A stretch of DNA of 55,038 nucleotides, the filler included, from Jimgerdemannia flammicorona (lineage: Eukaryota), in the NCBI GenBank assembly GCA_003990765.1. It is 3 parts of 3 records of this genome, joined end to end, with 100 filler letters (N's around TTAATTAATTAA, not from the genome) between each part and the next. Parts side by side here need not be neighbours in the genome. Positions count along the whole stretch, not along the records: positions 36,774 to 55,038 come from RBNJ01002250.1; 2 more parts are not named here. The stretch is one strand, 5' to 3'. The notes beneath the pieces were generated by a model that saw only the letters and a program-made list of their open reading frames with translations, was not told the origin of the DNA and made no database searches. Of this stretch, positions 36,774 to 48,123 are shown piece by piece. The position numbers were made by a program, and so were the translations under genes. Each line of letters opens with the position of its first letter. Positions within the stretch are counted from its first letter, which is position 1.

Positions 36774-38240
36774 AAAAAAAAAAAAAAAAAAAAAAATTGA
36801 TACACTATCGTCCTCCCTCCTGATTATTATGTAAGCTCTCTGGAGTTTACCAGCCTATTTTGAGCTCGCCTATTTTGTTTGTGCTTCGTTGTTACTTTTC
36901 GCACGTATTTTTGATGGGGAAGTCTTGGTAGTGCGCAATGGATTCCCACGCATAAATCCCTGCTTTGAAATAAACCCAATATCCGTCCTATATAGACGGT
37001 TATAACACACCATTCACATCACTGTAGTGTTGTCATGGTGCCAGGAAATATATCATTGACTATTGACAATGACTGATGAGGGCGTATATACTTCCGCATC
37101 TTCATCTCTCGTTTGCGACAAAATGTGATATAGTTATGTTCGCCTCATCAATCGCGAGCAGGGGAGTACAGAAGTTGCGGTCATTATTGTAAAGATTGTG
37201 AGAAAATAACATGTTAAGCTGGGACTACTGATGCTCCTGGTGCTGGCAGCCATGTCCTGAAGGGCGTTAGATTGATGGCCTTGCCAACCGGCTTAGATTA
37301 GGGGAAGGTAGCCCGGAGGGTCGTGGGTGAGAAAGGTGGAGGCGATAGTGCCAGTCCATATATAGATATATCTTTCACGTCATTGTCGATCCGACGAACG
37401 TAAGATGGGACGATGCAAAGCAGGCCTGGCACAGCTCCTGCAGCAACGTTAATTCTTCGAGTTCCCTTCCTGATCGATACCGCACATGGCACGCTCAATC
37501 GATCAAACTTTGCATTAAAGTTTCGATGTGGTTGATGGCGAAAATGTTGGATGTAATACAGTACCGGCAGGATTTCACCCTGAGCAGAGTACAGAAGGCG
37601 GGAAAATCGTCTATAAGCAAACGCATACCCACAGCTTGGTTGTTGGGTCAAAGGAAATAATGCGCAGGCACAACAATAACATTGAGAAAGATGTAAACCT
37701 TAAATGGATGATATTTCTCTGTAGCCTCACCAGAACATGCATATCGTGATCCCTAGCTACGCAGTAGATAAGCAGTTTGTGCCAGGCTGACGTATTTGTA
37801 ACGATCTGCCGCATGACATGGAATGGCACGCGTAGAGCACCGAAAATAGCGCGATCAGAGTCAGCCTTCCGGATAGGTTGGAGAATAGGAGCAATCGGTC
37901 CTACCTCGGGATGGCGACATAGCATGCAAGGAACCTTATCAGGGATCTATCATTCAAGATCTTTTTCCGGGGCCGTCCAATTCCATTGCGGCAGAAGTCG
38001 AAATGTTAGGCCAAAATGGTGCCTTCTGCGAGCGATCTGATTGGTCCCCAGGCCCCACGGCCGCGTTGTCTCTTATATTCATTACCCTTCTTCTGACTAA
38101 TTCTCTTCGATTAAAACTCCGCCAAGTTCATAAAAGCCCCTTCAACGAAAGCCATGAGCTTGAAAATCGTCTCCAAGAAAGTTGAAAGGGAATTTCACAA
38201 AAACAACAAGATCTTGCAGAGTATCATCACCACGCCCATT

Positions 38241-39202
38241 ATGCCTTCCTCCACTAATACCGAACAATCGAACGAGCCCGGACGTCAATCCTTCGCCGCC
38301 TTTACCCCTTCCCACCTCAAACATCTCAACTATCATCTCTCTAAACTCCCCCCCAAAAAAATTTTGGAATGGGCCATCCTCACTCTGCCGAATCTTTATC
38401 AGACAACCGCCTTCGGACTTACTGGTGAGCTTTATCTTCTTTTTTGAGCGCGTTTCAGACCAATTTTTTTTTGCAACATATTCTCACCAAAACGACATCT
38501 TTTACGAAATATTTATTAGGTTGCGTGATTGCTGACATGATCAGTAAAATCAGCATCGAACAAAACGATGGCAAACACCTCGTCCCGCTGATCTTCTTGG
38601 ATACATTCTACCACTTCCCCGAGACCCGAGACCTCGCCAACAAATTCGCCACGCACTACAACGTGCCGCTCAAGATTTACAAACCCTCCGGTCTCGCCAC
38701 CGTTGAAGATTTAGAGCGCGAGCACGGCCAGCGCCTCTGGGAGGTCAACGAGGACATGTACGATTTCCTCGTCAAGGTCGAGCCTGCGCGCCGCGCCTAT
38801 GCCGAGCTGGACGTCGCCGCCGTGATCACTGGTCGTCGTAGGAGCCAAAAGGGCGATCGCGCCGAAATCCCCATCGTCGAGGTCGATGGTACCGGCATGG
38901 TGAAGTTGAACCCGCTCGCATACTGGGACTTCCAGCAGGTTTGGACCTACATCAGGGCCAATAAAGTGCCCTACAACGCCCTCGTTGACCAGGGTTACAA
39001 ATCCATCGGCGATTGGCACTCCACCAAGGCGCCCGTCAACGGCGACGACGAGCGCAGCGGTCGCTGGGACGGCAAGGAGAAGACCGAGTGCGGCCTCCAC
39101 AAAGATTACTTCAAGATGCGGGCGGCTTTCATAGCCTCGAAAAAGAAGCAGCAACAACAGACCAAGCAAGGGAGCGGAGCCGACCTTGTCGCGGTGGAAT
39201 GA
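38241..39202 (+). CDS. MET16: Phosphoadenosine phosphosulfate (PAPS) reductase; intron 38425-38519; alternative start 38154
   Basis: LYQTTAFGLTG|C, IFLDT.YHFPET, KVEPARRAY, TGRRRSQ, GYKSIGDWHST, ERSGRW.GKEKTECGLH. Confidence 0.95.
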
Positions 39203-39238
39203 GTAGAAGCGCAATAATAATACCTGTATAAAAATATA

Positions 39239-39355
<117 letters not shown>

Positions 39356-40515
39356 CATTACACGCACTTGTAAAATATAATCATAATAAAAATATTGTAG
39401 TATAATATTGTCTTCATTAGAAGTGTATTTTACAATCTAGTGTCAGATACCGATTAAAGACTCTAATCGACACCACAGGGTAATGGCAAAGTTCTCACAA
39501 GTCCTAATTTTGCCGAGCCAGTATTCCGGTTCGCCGTCGCCATATTGCTTGGGCGCTGTAAATGACGGAGACATGCCATAAAGATGACGGAAAGGATCGG
39601 GAACAATCCGCGGATACCATCACACGACCAAATAAAGTTTGAAGACGGCAAAAATAATAGTTATATTTAACAATATACTAAAATTAGATAATATTCACTT
39701 GCAAAAAAGATAACCAGCTGTAACATTATACCGGAAATAATATAAATATATAAATTATATAAACTTAAATATTATAAATATAAAAAAATAAATAAATATT
39801 ATTATAAAAATATATTATTTAATAATAATGAATAATATTATAATATAAAACTTATAATATTATTTTTAGAATATGTATTATTAAATTTTACTTACTTATA
39901 ACTTACATTATTTTATATAGATATTTTATATTTTATTATATTAATAATTATAACTATATTGTATAATCTTTAAGATAAAATTAAAAATATTGATAAATTT
40001 ATCTATTAATATAATTAGCCATAATATTTATAATAATATATTATATTATAATTTTTAAAAATGATAAAATAAAGATTTACTAAGTATATAATTTATATTT
40101 AAAAATTATAATAAAAATTAATAATAACTTTATAATACATATATATAGTAGATATATAATAGTAGAAGTATAGTAGATTTTTTATCTTAAATACTTAATC
40201 TTTTTGACTCTTCAGAGTCCTTGGGTACAGAGATATATAGATGAGTTTGAAGTATATCTGTCTGTAGACTTACTAGTTCTCTTGTCTCTTTGCTTTAAAC
40301 TATTTTGATCTAAGGTTTATTCACTCTAAATACTAAAGTATTTATATAAGTTTATTAGCTATATAGTAACTAAGTTAAAACTTCTTTTTCTGTGAGTTAT
40401 TTTGTATAATTGTGAGATCTATATATTTATATAATTTGTACATCTATATGATCTATATATATAATTGTGAGTTTCATATAGATATACTTTTTATATAATT
40501 ATATAAATCATATCT

Positions 40516-40772
40516 AGTGTGCTTAATAAATTAAATCAAAGGTCTGATTTAATTCAATTTGAACTCTATTTTGTGAAATATAATAACTTGACCAAAATAT
40601 ATTCAAATTTAATAATCTTTAGCTTATTAAATTTGAACATATTTTTATTAAGTTATTATATTTCAAAAAAATAAAGTTCAAATTAGACCCTTAATTTGAT
40701 TTAAATTTAATTCAATTTAAATAAGCCTGAATTTGATTTGATTCAAATTGATTTAATTTATTTAGAAATACT
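40516..40772. mobile_element. Short palindromic MITE
   Basis: Starts TAGTG and ends TACTA. Arms ~40555-40615 and ~40625-40685 are inverted copies, with TTGATTT/AATTCAA subterminal motifs. Confidence 0.6.
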
Positions 40773-41877
40773 ATATAGCTATGAGATTGAGTAATTATTA
40801 ACTATAATATTATATTATATTAGAAATTAGATTTAGATATTACAATTAAATAACTATCTCCTAATTATACTTTCTAATTTGGATCAATTATTATAACTTT
40901 CTTCTGAATAAGTAGTTTTATCTCTAAATTAATTTATTCAAATTTCTAAGCTTTTATTAGTTATATATTCTTATACTATTAATTTACTTAATTATATTCT
41001 TCTAATAATATCTTTTTATTTATCAAAAATCTTTTAAGACTACTTCTCAAAAATGAGTCAGAGCTTACTTATTATCTTTAAATAGTTTGTAGACCCACTT
41101 AGTAATAGTAATTTAGGAATAGAATATCTGATATTTAGTAATCTACTCTTCTTTAATTATTCTTTTTCTTATTTAGTAATTGTCTTAGCTTAAAGTAAAT
41201 CTGAAACTCAGTATAGTCTTAGTAGACTCTAAAGTTTAAAATATATAATAGGTAGATCTATATGATACTTTGAATATTATCATGAATTTCTCTATAGTTG
41301 ATAGCTCAGTAGAATATCATTATCTTTTTATAGCTCACTGAGTAGTACTAGTGATCTTAAGAGCTACAGTAATATCTTATTGACTAGCTATGTTATTTTT
41401 TGAGTTAATTTTAATAGATAGTAGTAGAGATGATTGTGTCTAATAGTTTTTATAGCTAAAAGATAGTTTTTTTTTTTATATTTTATATAAGATAAGATTC
41501 TTCTTACTTAGGCTTTAGTTTTTATAATTATGAAGCTTCTATCATATTCTGATATATCAGAACTTTATTATATATCTTAATAATCTTCAAAGGCTTGTAA
41601 ATCTTCTCTATATATTCTATTATAATATCTACATCTTGCTTATATAATCTTTAGTATTTTTCTTATTTAGTATAATTTCTATATCTTAGTATTTATTCAT
41701 TTTTATATTATAACTCTATTAGATAATAAGATTCCTTTAGAACTTTCTTCTCTAAATAGTAATTTTTAAGAGATAAAATGAGTGTTTTGTAATTATATAT
41801 ATTTTTAAGAGCAGATAATGCTATTAACAAATAGTGGTCTTAATTTTTATTATTATTGCAAATCTTAGTAATAATAT

Positions 41878-43086
41878 ATATATATATATATATATATTTT
41901 AACAGAGTTATAGTTCTGCAGATTTTTATTGGAAGGGAACCTAGACTATATAGGCCAAAACCCTCCCCTACTATCTACTGAACAATATCCCCTCATTAAT
42001 CTAGACTACTAAATTGTCCAGCAGTCCCACTGTCTAGCTATACCTGTCAAACACCGGCTATGTTGACCTCTATGATATAGACTAGACTTATCTACTCACT
42101 AGGACTGAATCATCATTTACATGCAAGAGCACACCTATATGTCAGATCTAGTAGCACCAGGACTGAATAAAGAATAGCCCCCCAAATCTCAAAAGAAAGC
42201 CTGAGGCAAAGAAAAGCCCCCCAACTAATCAACAGAGAGCAAAGAAGATTCAAAGTGAGTGAGTAAAGGACTTATATGCAGCACCTTTCTCAAAGAACTT
42301 ACACATGGGCTAAGGTCTGAAGAGACCCCACTCCTACTCTCTGAGTCTGCAGGCCTCGATCACCTTGCTATGTCAGCTCCCAGTTCTAGTTGAGTACTGC
42401 CAAATGAGAAAGGTCCCACTCCCCAAGCCTGTGGGCCTCAATTGTATTGCCATGTCAGCTCCCGGTTCCAGTTGGGTACAGCCAGAATACCAGCCCCTGC
42501 ACCACCCCACCCCCCATCAGCCAATCAAAAGATCTTACCAAAATATTGTCTACCCCAGCCCTGATAACTGCCCCCAGCCTGGTACCCCACTGGTCCACCA
42601 TAATCACCCTTTCTCCTATCTGTAACAGCTATCTCCCCTCTCATCCTGACATCACTGAAAAACAGTCACCTATGCCAGAACTGTACTCGCCGGGAGGCTC
42701 GCCAAAGCCAGAGGGCCCTACTATAGGCACCGAGAACCTGCAGATAACCTACACTGAGTACTTGATGCCCAAGGTCAGCCAACTCTCTATGTAGCCTGAG
42801 ATATACCAAGACAGTACCTTATTGGCAATGGCAAAAGGAAGAAGGTGCTGCACCAAAACAAATATACTCCAGATGCAGCCGAAGATACCAGAAACTATGA
42901 AAAAGTGGAGAAGACACTGATCTGATACTGATAAAGGGGCAACTCATCACCATTGCCCTCCTCCCACCATATCTATATAGGTACAGCAAACCAATCTGAG
43001 GTAGAGAGGGTAATAACAGGAGAAAGAGAACTTGAAAAATTGCCTACCAAATCTTATGACCAGTAAGGTAGTAGAGAAAGGAGCCC
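41878..43086 (-). mobile_element. Variant poly(A) retroposon copy with (TA)n tail and 14-bp TSD
   Basis: cttagtaataatat at 41864-41877 and 43087-43100. The 5' half is like the other copies; the 3' half is divergent. Confidence 0.85.
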
Positions 43087-43321
43087 CTTAGTAATAATAT
43101 TTATAAGAGTCTTATATCTGTTCATTTCCTTAGAGATGATGAGCTGTAATTCAAATATACTAAATTTTATACTTCTTGTAGAGAACCTCAAAGAGCTGAT
43201 TCACAAATTCTATTCCTTTGTCTATTGTTACTCACTTCAGTATCTTGAATTAGTAGATGATTTCTCTATAAAAGAAATTAGCAATTGACTATACTTTGAC
43301 TTCTTTAAGGAGTTCTGCTTT

Positions 43322-44483
43322 CATTTCTTTCTTTACTACCATACTAGTTATAAGGTTAGTAGGCAATTTTCTGAGTCTCCTTTCTTCTATTTTTATCCCC
43401 TCTATCTCAGATTGATTTATTGTTTCTGTAAGAGTATAGTGAGAGAGAGATAATAGTGATGAGTTATCTCTTTATTAGTATTAGATCAGTACTTTCTCTA
43501 TTTTTTTATAGTTTCTAGTACCTCTGATTATATCTGGAGTATATCTATTTTGGTATAATATCTTCTTTCTTTTGCTATTATCAATAAAGTATTATCTTAA
43601 TATATCATAGACTATATAGAGTATCAGCTGATCTTAGGCATTAAGTACTAGTATTGATTACCTACAGATGATAGGGCCTTCTGGACTTTGGTAAGCTTTT
43701 TAGTAAGTATGATACTAGTATAGATAACTGTTTTTCAGATAAAGTCAGGATGAGAGAAGAGATGACTATCATATATAGGAGAAAGGATAATTATGGTAAA
43801 CCAGTGAAGTGTCAGACTAGGGACAGTCATTGAGATTAGAGCAAATACTACATTAGTGGGGTCTTTTGATTAATATAGAGTGATTAGGTAATAGGTATCA
43901 CTCTTGGCTACTTTTGGCAATATATAGGATTAAGCACCAATTATTAGGAGTAGTTGGAGGGCCTGAGGCTTGTCTTGACTATACTCAACTAGAATTAGGA
44001 GCTGATATAATAATATGATCAAGGTCTATAGGCTTGAGTAGTAGAGTATTGGGGGTCTTCTCTTATCTCATATATAAGTCCTCTACTCATCTCATTGGAG
44101 AGAATCAGATCCTATCTACTATTCTATACTTTGAAGAGAGTTTTTCTTTATCTATTACTCTCTTTAGAGTAGTAGAGGCTATGTAAATTAGCTCAAATAT
44201 GGTCTTATATATATATTGGGATTTTGGGTATATGTCTTTAGTCATGAGTGTATGGTTGTTTATTTTCTGGTGATAGAAAGAGCATGGTATACAGAATGAG
44301 ATGTGGGCAACTTTACCCTACTGTACTTAGTATAGTTAAGCTGCTGAACAATAGCTAGCCTAGGTTTAATAGGGATGTAGTACTTGGTGAGTAGTGAGAG
44401 AGGCTTTTGGCCTATATAGTCTAGATTTCCTTTTAATAAAAATCTGTAAAACTTCAAGTCCATAAAACAAAAAAAAAAAAAAA
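43322..44483 (+). mobile_element. Full-length decayed poly(A) retroposon copy inserted in Gypsy integrase
   Basis: Colinear with 2438-3633; poly(A) 44469-44484; decayed TSD agttctgctt/aattctactt. Confidence 0.85.
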
Positions 44484-45499
44484 ATTCTACTTCTATCTAT
44501 TTTATAAAAAGATCTACAATAATAATAATATATTAGTTATCAGTCATTGTTTATTGTTATAGATAGAGAACTAGTTTTATCTATTATAATATATACAAAT
44601 AGTACTGATTTTATATCTGATAATTCTGATTTTATATCTGATAATTCTGGTATCTGGTTTTATTAATCTTACTTCTACTTTTGATATTTGTTACAGATCT
44701 TAATATATCATCTGATATCTTTCTCTATTCCTGATTACTATATTGTTCTTCTTACTTTGTTATAGGTATTTGTTCCTCTTAGATGACCAAGTTTATATAA
44801 TAATCTCATTACTTATTCCTTCTTGTACTCTGATATGACTAGTAGTTTTTTCTTTCTTTAGTATTTCTCTATCTATTTTGAATTATTTTTGGACTTTGTT
44901 GATAATTATTTATGTCTATTCTTTCAGATATTGAGGTATCTTTTGCTGTTTTAGATAGGTTATAATTCTATAGTAAAGCTTCTTATTTATATCTTTTTTA
45001 TTAATTATAAGTCCTTTATAATATCTGTGAGAGAATATCTATATTTGTATTAGTTCTTTCTGAGTGATACATAATGGTTGCATTATAGGCTTACAGCTTT
45101 ATAATCTATTTAATAAATATTATTTTGAGTTTACTTATAATTAATAACTAGGTGAGAGCTGAGTGATCTATCAGAATAGTGAAATATCTTTCTATAAGAT
45201 AATAGTAGATTTTTTCTATAATCTAGATAACTATAAGATACTCTAACTTGTAGGATTTATATTCTCTTTCTCTTCTACAAGTTTCTCAGCTGAGATATGT
45301 AATCATATACTCAATTTTATTCTTTTTTTTATACAAGAATAGCTCCTAGTCTAACTGAACTTATATCTATCTATAGAATGAACTCTTGAGATCAATTAAG
45401 TCTTCTCAAGATATATAGGTACTTGGATCAATCAGATCTTGAGATATTTAAAAACTTGCTATTATCTACTAGTCTATTTATATTAAAATATCTTAATTA

Positions 45500-46440
45500 T
45501 AGCAACTCAATATATAGTAGTATAGCTTAATTATATCATTCTGTAAATATTATCAGTATATATAAAAACATATAAACTAGTATTAATAAATAATTTGCTT
45601 CTTTCTCTCTATTTTATAATAAAAGGTTATGAGTCTTAATTAGTAGATATATTTCTCTAATATATATACTATACTATATTATATAATATTAACTAATATT
45701 AGTAGTAGAGATATATTAGTTCTAAGTAGTACAAGTGAAATATAATTCAGAATGAGTATTAGCAGTATAAGTATCTATTATAATAGTTATAACTATAATC
45801 ATTCTTGCAGCAGTAGCTATAATAATAGTAAAGAGGATGATACCATATAGATATACTATATAAAAAATCTCTTAAAAGAATATGGTTTGGAGAACTACTG
45901 GAAGCCACAGATATATATAACTGTTTAATCTCCAAATAAAGTCTAAAGAGAGTATCTGAAACTATGTCAATTGAGTCAATGAGCTAATGAATCAAGTGAA
46001 CTCTCTTATATCTATACTGATAGATACTATCAAAGATAAAGACAAGGTCTTAGTTCTTAAGTAAGGTCTTTTTAAGATATATAATATTATTGTTATCACT
46101 ATAAGAAAATCTGGTAGATTATTAGATTATAAGTATATAATTATGAGTCTTTTAAATGAGGAAACAAGACTGAGCAGTAATGGTAATAATATTAATAAGA
46201 ATGGCAATGAGAAAGCCTTCTAAAGAGTATATAGATAAGGTAAAGATAAGCTGAATAAAGAGTAAGATCAAAGTCAGTAATATGATAGTTAGAAATTTAA
46301 AGATAAATACTTCTGCTATAATAAGTATAGATATTATAACTATAAGAAGAAAGAAAAGAATAGCCAATAGTGTTGGAATTACAACTCAATATATCAATAT
46401 GTGACTTATACCATTCTATTAGATTTATATTATTTATCAG
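45500..46440 (+). mobile_element. Ty1/Copia relic (PBS-like site and gag fragment)
   Basis: GGTTATGAGTC at 45625 is Copia GGTTATGAGCCC-like. IKDKDKVLVLK*GL..YNIIVITI...LDYKYIIMSLLNEETR resembles UBN2-type gag. Confidence 0.6.
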
Positions 46441-46468
46441 TAATATATAAAATATATAATCTATACAA

Positions 46469-48002
46469 TGTAACAGTAACCCCAGAATGATGACATCAGC
46501 ACAGGAGACAGCCTTTCTTTACAAGCCACTAGATCGGAGTACAAGAAGATTATACAGTATATAAGATGAGCAATGATGACCAACTGTGAGTCATTGTGAC
46601 CACAGCACAAGCATTCCAAAGAATATAAAAGAAGGATCAAGAAACCGCAGTAGCAATAACCAAAACCACCAATCCCAAAATAGCTCAAAGACTTACCACA
46701 AACAAAATGCCTGCTGCTCACCAAACCTCAAGGTCAAGGAATCATCAAGATATCTCGGTCGAGGAAAGGATGTTCCAAGACATCAGAAGAGCCATGAGAA
46801 CCTGCTCAAGAAGGACTCCTAGTGTCAACCTGGGTACTGCAGACCCCTATCACTTTATTCTCTACTACTGCGAAATGGAAACAAGGATCACTATTGCCAC
46901 CGAATACCTCCAAATGTGGCAGAAATATGAAATAGGAAACCTCCTCTGCTGGGAGTTCCCACAGGCCAGCCCTCAAGAGCTACAAGATGCTACTCCCATG
47001 AACCTATGTGAGGCAAGAACAGTAAAGAAGATCTATCAGATCTTCAGGCATACACCATGGTTGATCCCCAACTTGGAGTATGTTAGAGTCTCAGACTTTA
47101 GAGACCTGTCATCCTGCCGTATCAATGCACTAGAAGCCAGGGTAGCCACAGAAGTCCAGTCCACCATCACCCTCAACAGTGAAGAAGTAGAAGACTTCTG
47201 GCACCCTATCCTTCAGAACAACCCAGACCAATTCCTGCAAGGATTGATCTCAGTATTCCAAGGCCCAAGCATCTGGGTTAGATCTCCCCAAGACCCCACA
47301 TTTGTCCCCTATTTTGTGGAAGAGAACCTCATAGACTGAATAGCTCCAGATCTTGTTCCTGATTTCCCTGCCGAACGTGATGACATCATCGATGACATCA
47401 TCCGGCGTGACATACCCGAAGCACGCGAAGTACACGAAATGCATAATAATGAAGTATGCGAGATGCGTGGCCTGCACGACGAATTTGCAGACCTCATCTC
47501 CTTCAGTGATGATGATGATGAAGCTCCCATGGTCCTGAACTTTCTGCTCTAAGTTCTTTGTTACACTGGATAATGCCAGCACCGGTATTCTCATGTAACA
47601 CTGGATAATGCCAGCACTGGTATTCTGAGATGATGCAAAATTGTTCCAGCACTGGCATTTTGATGTGATACTAAATAATGTCAGCCCTGGAACTTAGTAG
47701 TTTTAGTTATTGAAATTTATATTTAGCTTTATATCTTAGCAACCATTGAATTATATTTTGTATAAATACCTCTCTTATTTTCTCTGAAATAAAGTCAGTC
47801 AAGTTCCGGTTTCACTTACACACACTTTCTTGCAAGTAATCTAAGAGATAACAAGACAGTTAAAGATAAGAAGTTTGAGGACTATAAGACCTAGGGAAGG
47901 CACTCCAATAAGAACTTACTTATAACAACTTGAGTTAGTCTAAGAGATACACCTTGAAGAGAATCTGGCATATTTGAAGGACTCAGTGACCACTATGTGA
48001 CA
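46469..48002 (+). repeat. 5' LTR of family 2 (1534 bp)
   Basis: TGTAACA...TGTGACA ends; TATAAATA at 47761; AATAAA near 47788; direct repeat of 53707 onward. Confidence 0.9.
46707..47552 (+). pseudogene. LTR-encoded ORF3 (281 codons; one TGG>TGA stop at 47337)
   Basis: The frame continues past the stop to ...EAPMVLNFLL*. The other LTR has TGG at that codon. Confidence 0.8.
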
Positions 48003-48005
48003 ACT

Positions 48006-48022
48006 TGGTGCCCATTGGCTGG
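48006..48022 (+). promoter_or_regulatory. Primer binding site (tRNA identity uncertain)
   Basis: TGGTGCCCATTGGCTGG starts three bases after the LTR-terminal CA. Confidence 0.65.
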
Positions 48023-48123
48023 TGATTCAAGACAAATCCCTTACTTTCAAGCTGAAAAATGAACAACTCCCACAACAACTACCCTGACTACAAGAGTCAC
48101 TCCCTGCAAGAATTCAAGACAAG

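Larger units (their letters stand above)
40170..45480 (-). mobile_element. Highly decayed Ty3/Gypsy relic, family 3 (related to family 2): RNase H, integrase, ORF3
   Basis: KSYKLEYL...YFTILIDHSAL (45150-45260), SIANFFYREII...TIDKGIEFVN (43200-43290), ORF3 motif near 41020-41200. Boundaries are approximate. Confidence 0.75.

Noticed and set aside
37070..37130. CTGATGAG as a hammerhead ribozyme core
   Set aside because: No stem II closed by GAAA follows. The TTGATGAG in the retroposon likewise lacks the core.
37298..38040. ORFs upstream of MET16
   Set aside because: No recognisable motifs or consistent exon structure; cannot support a gene call.
46707..47552. ORF3 as a retroviral env
   Set aside because: No signal peptide, furin site or transmembrane segment is visible.
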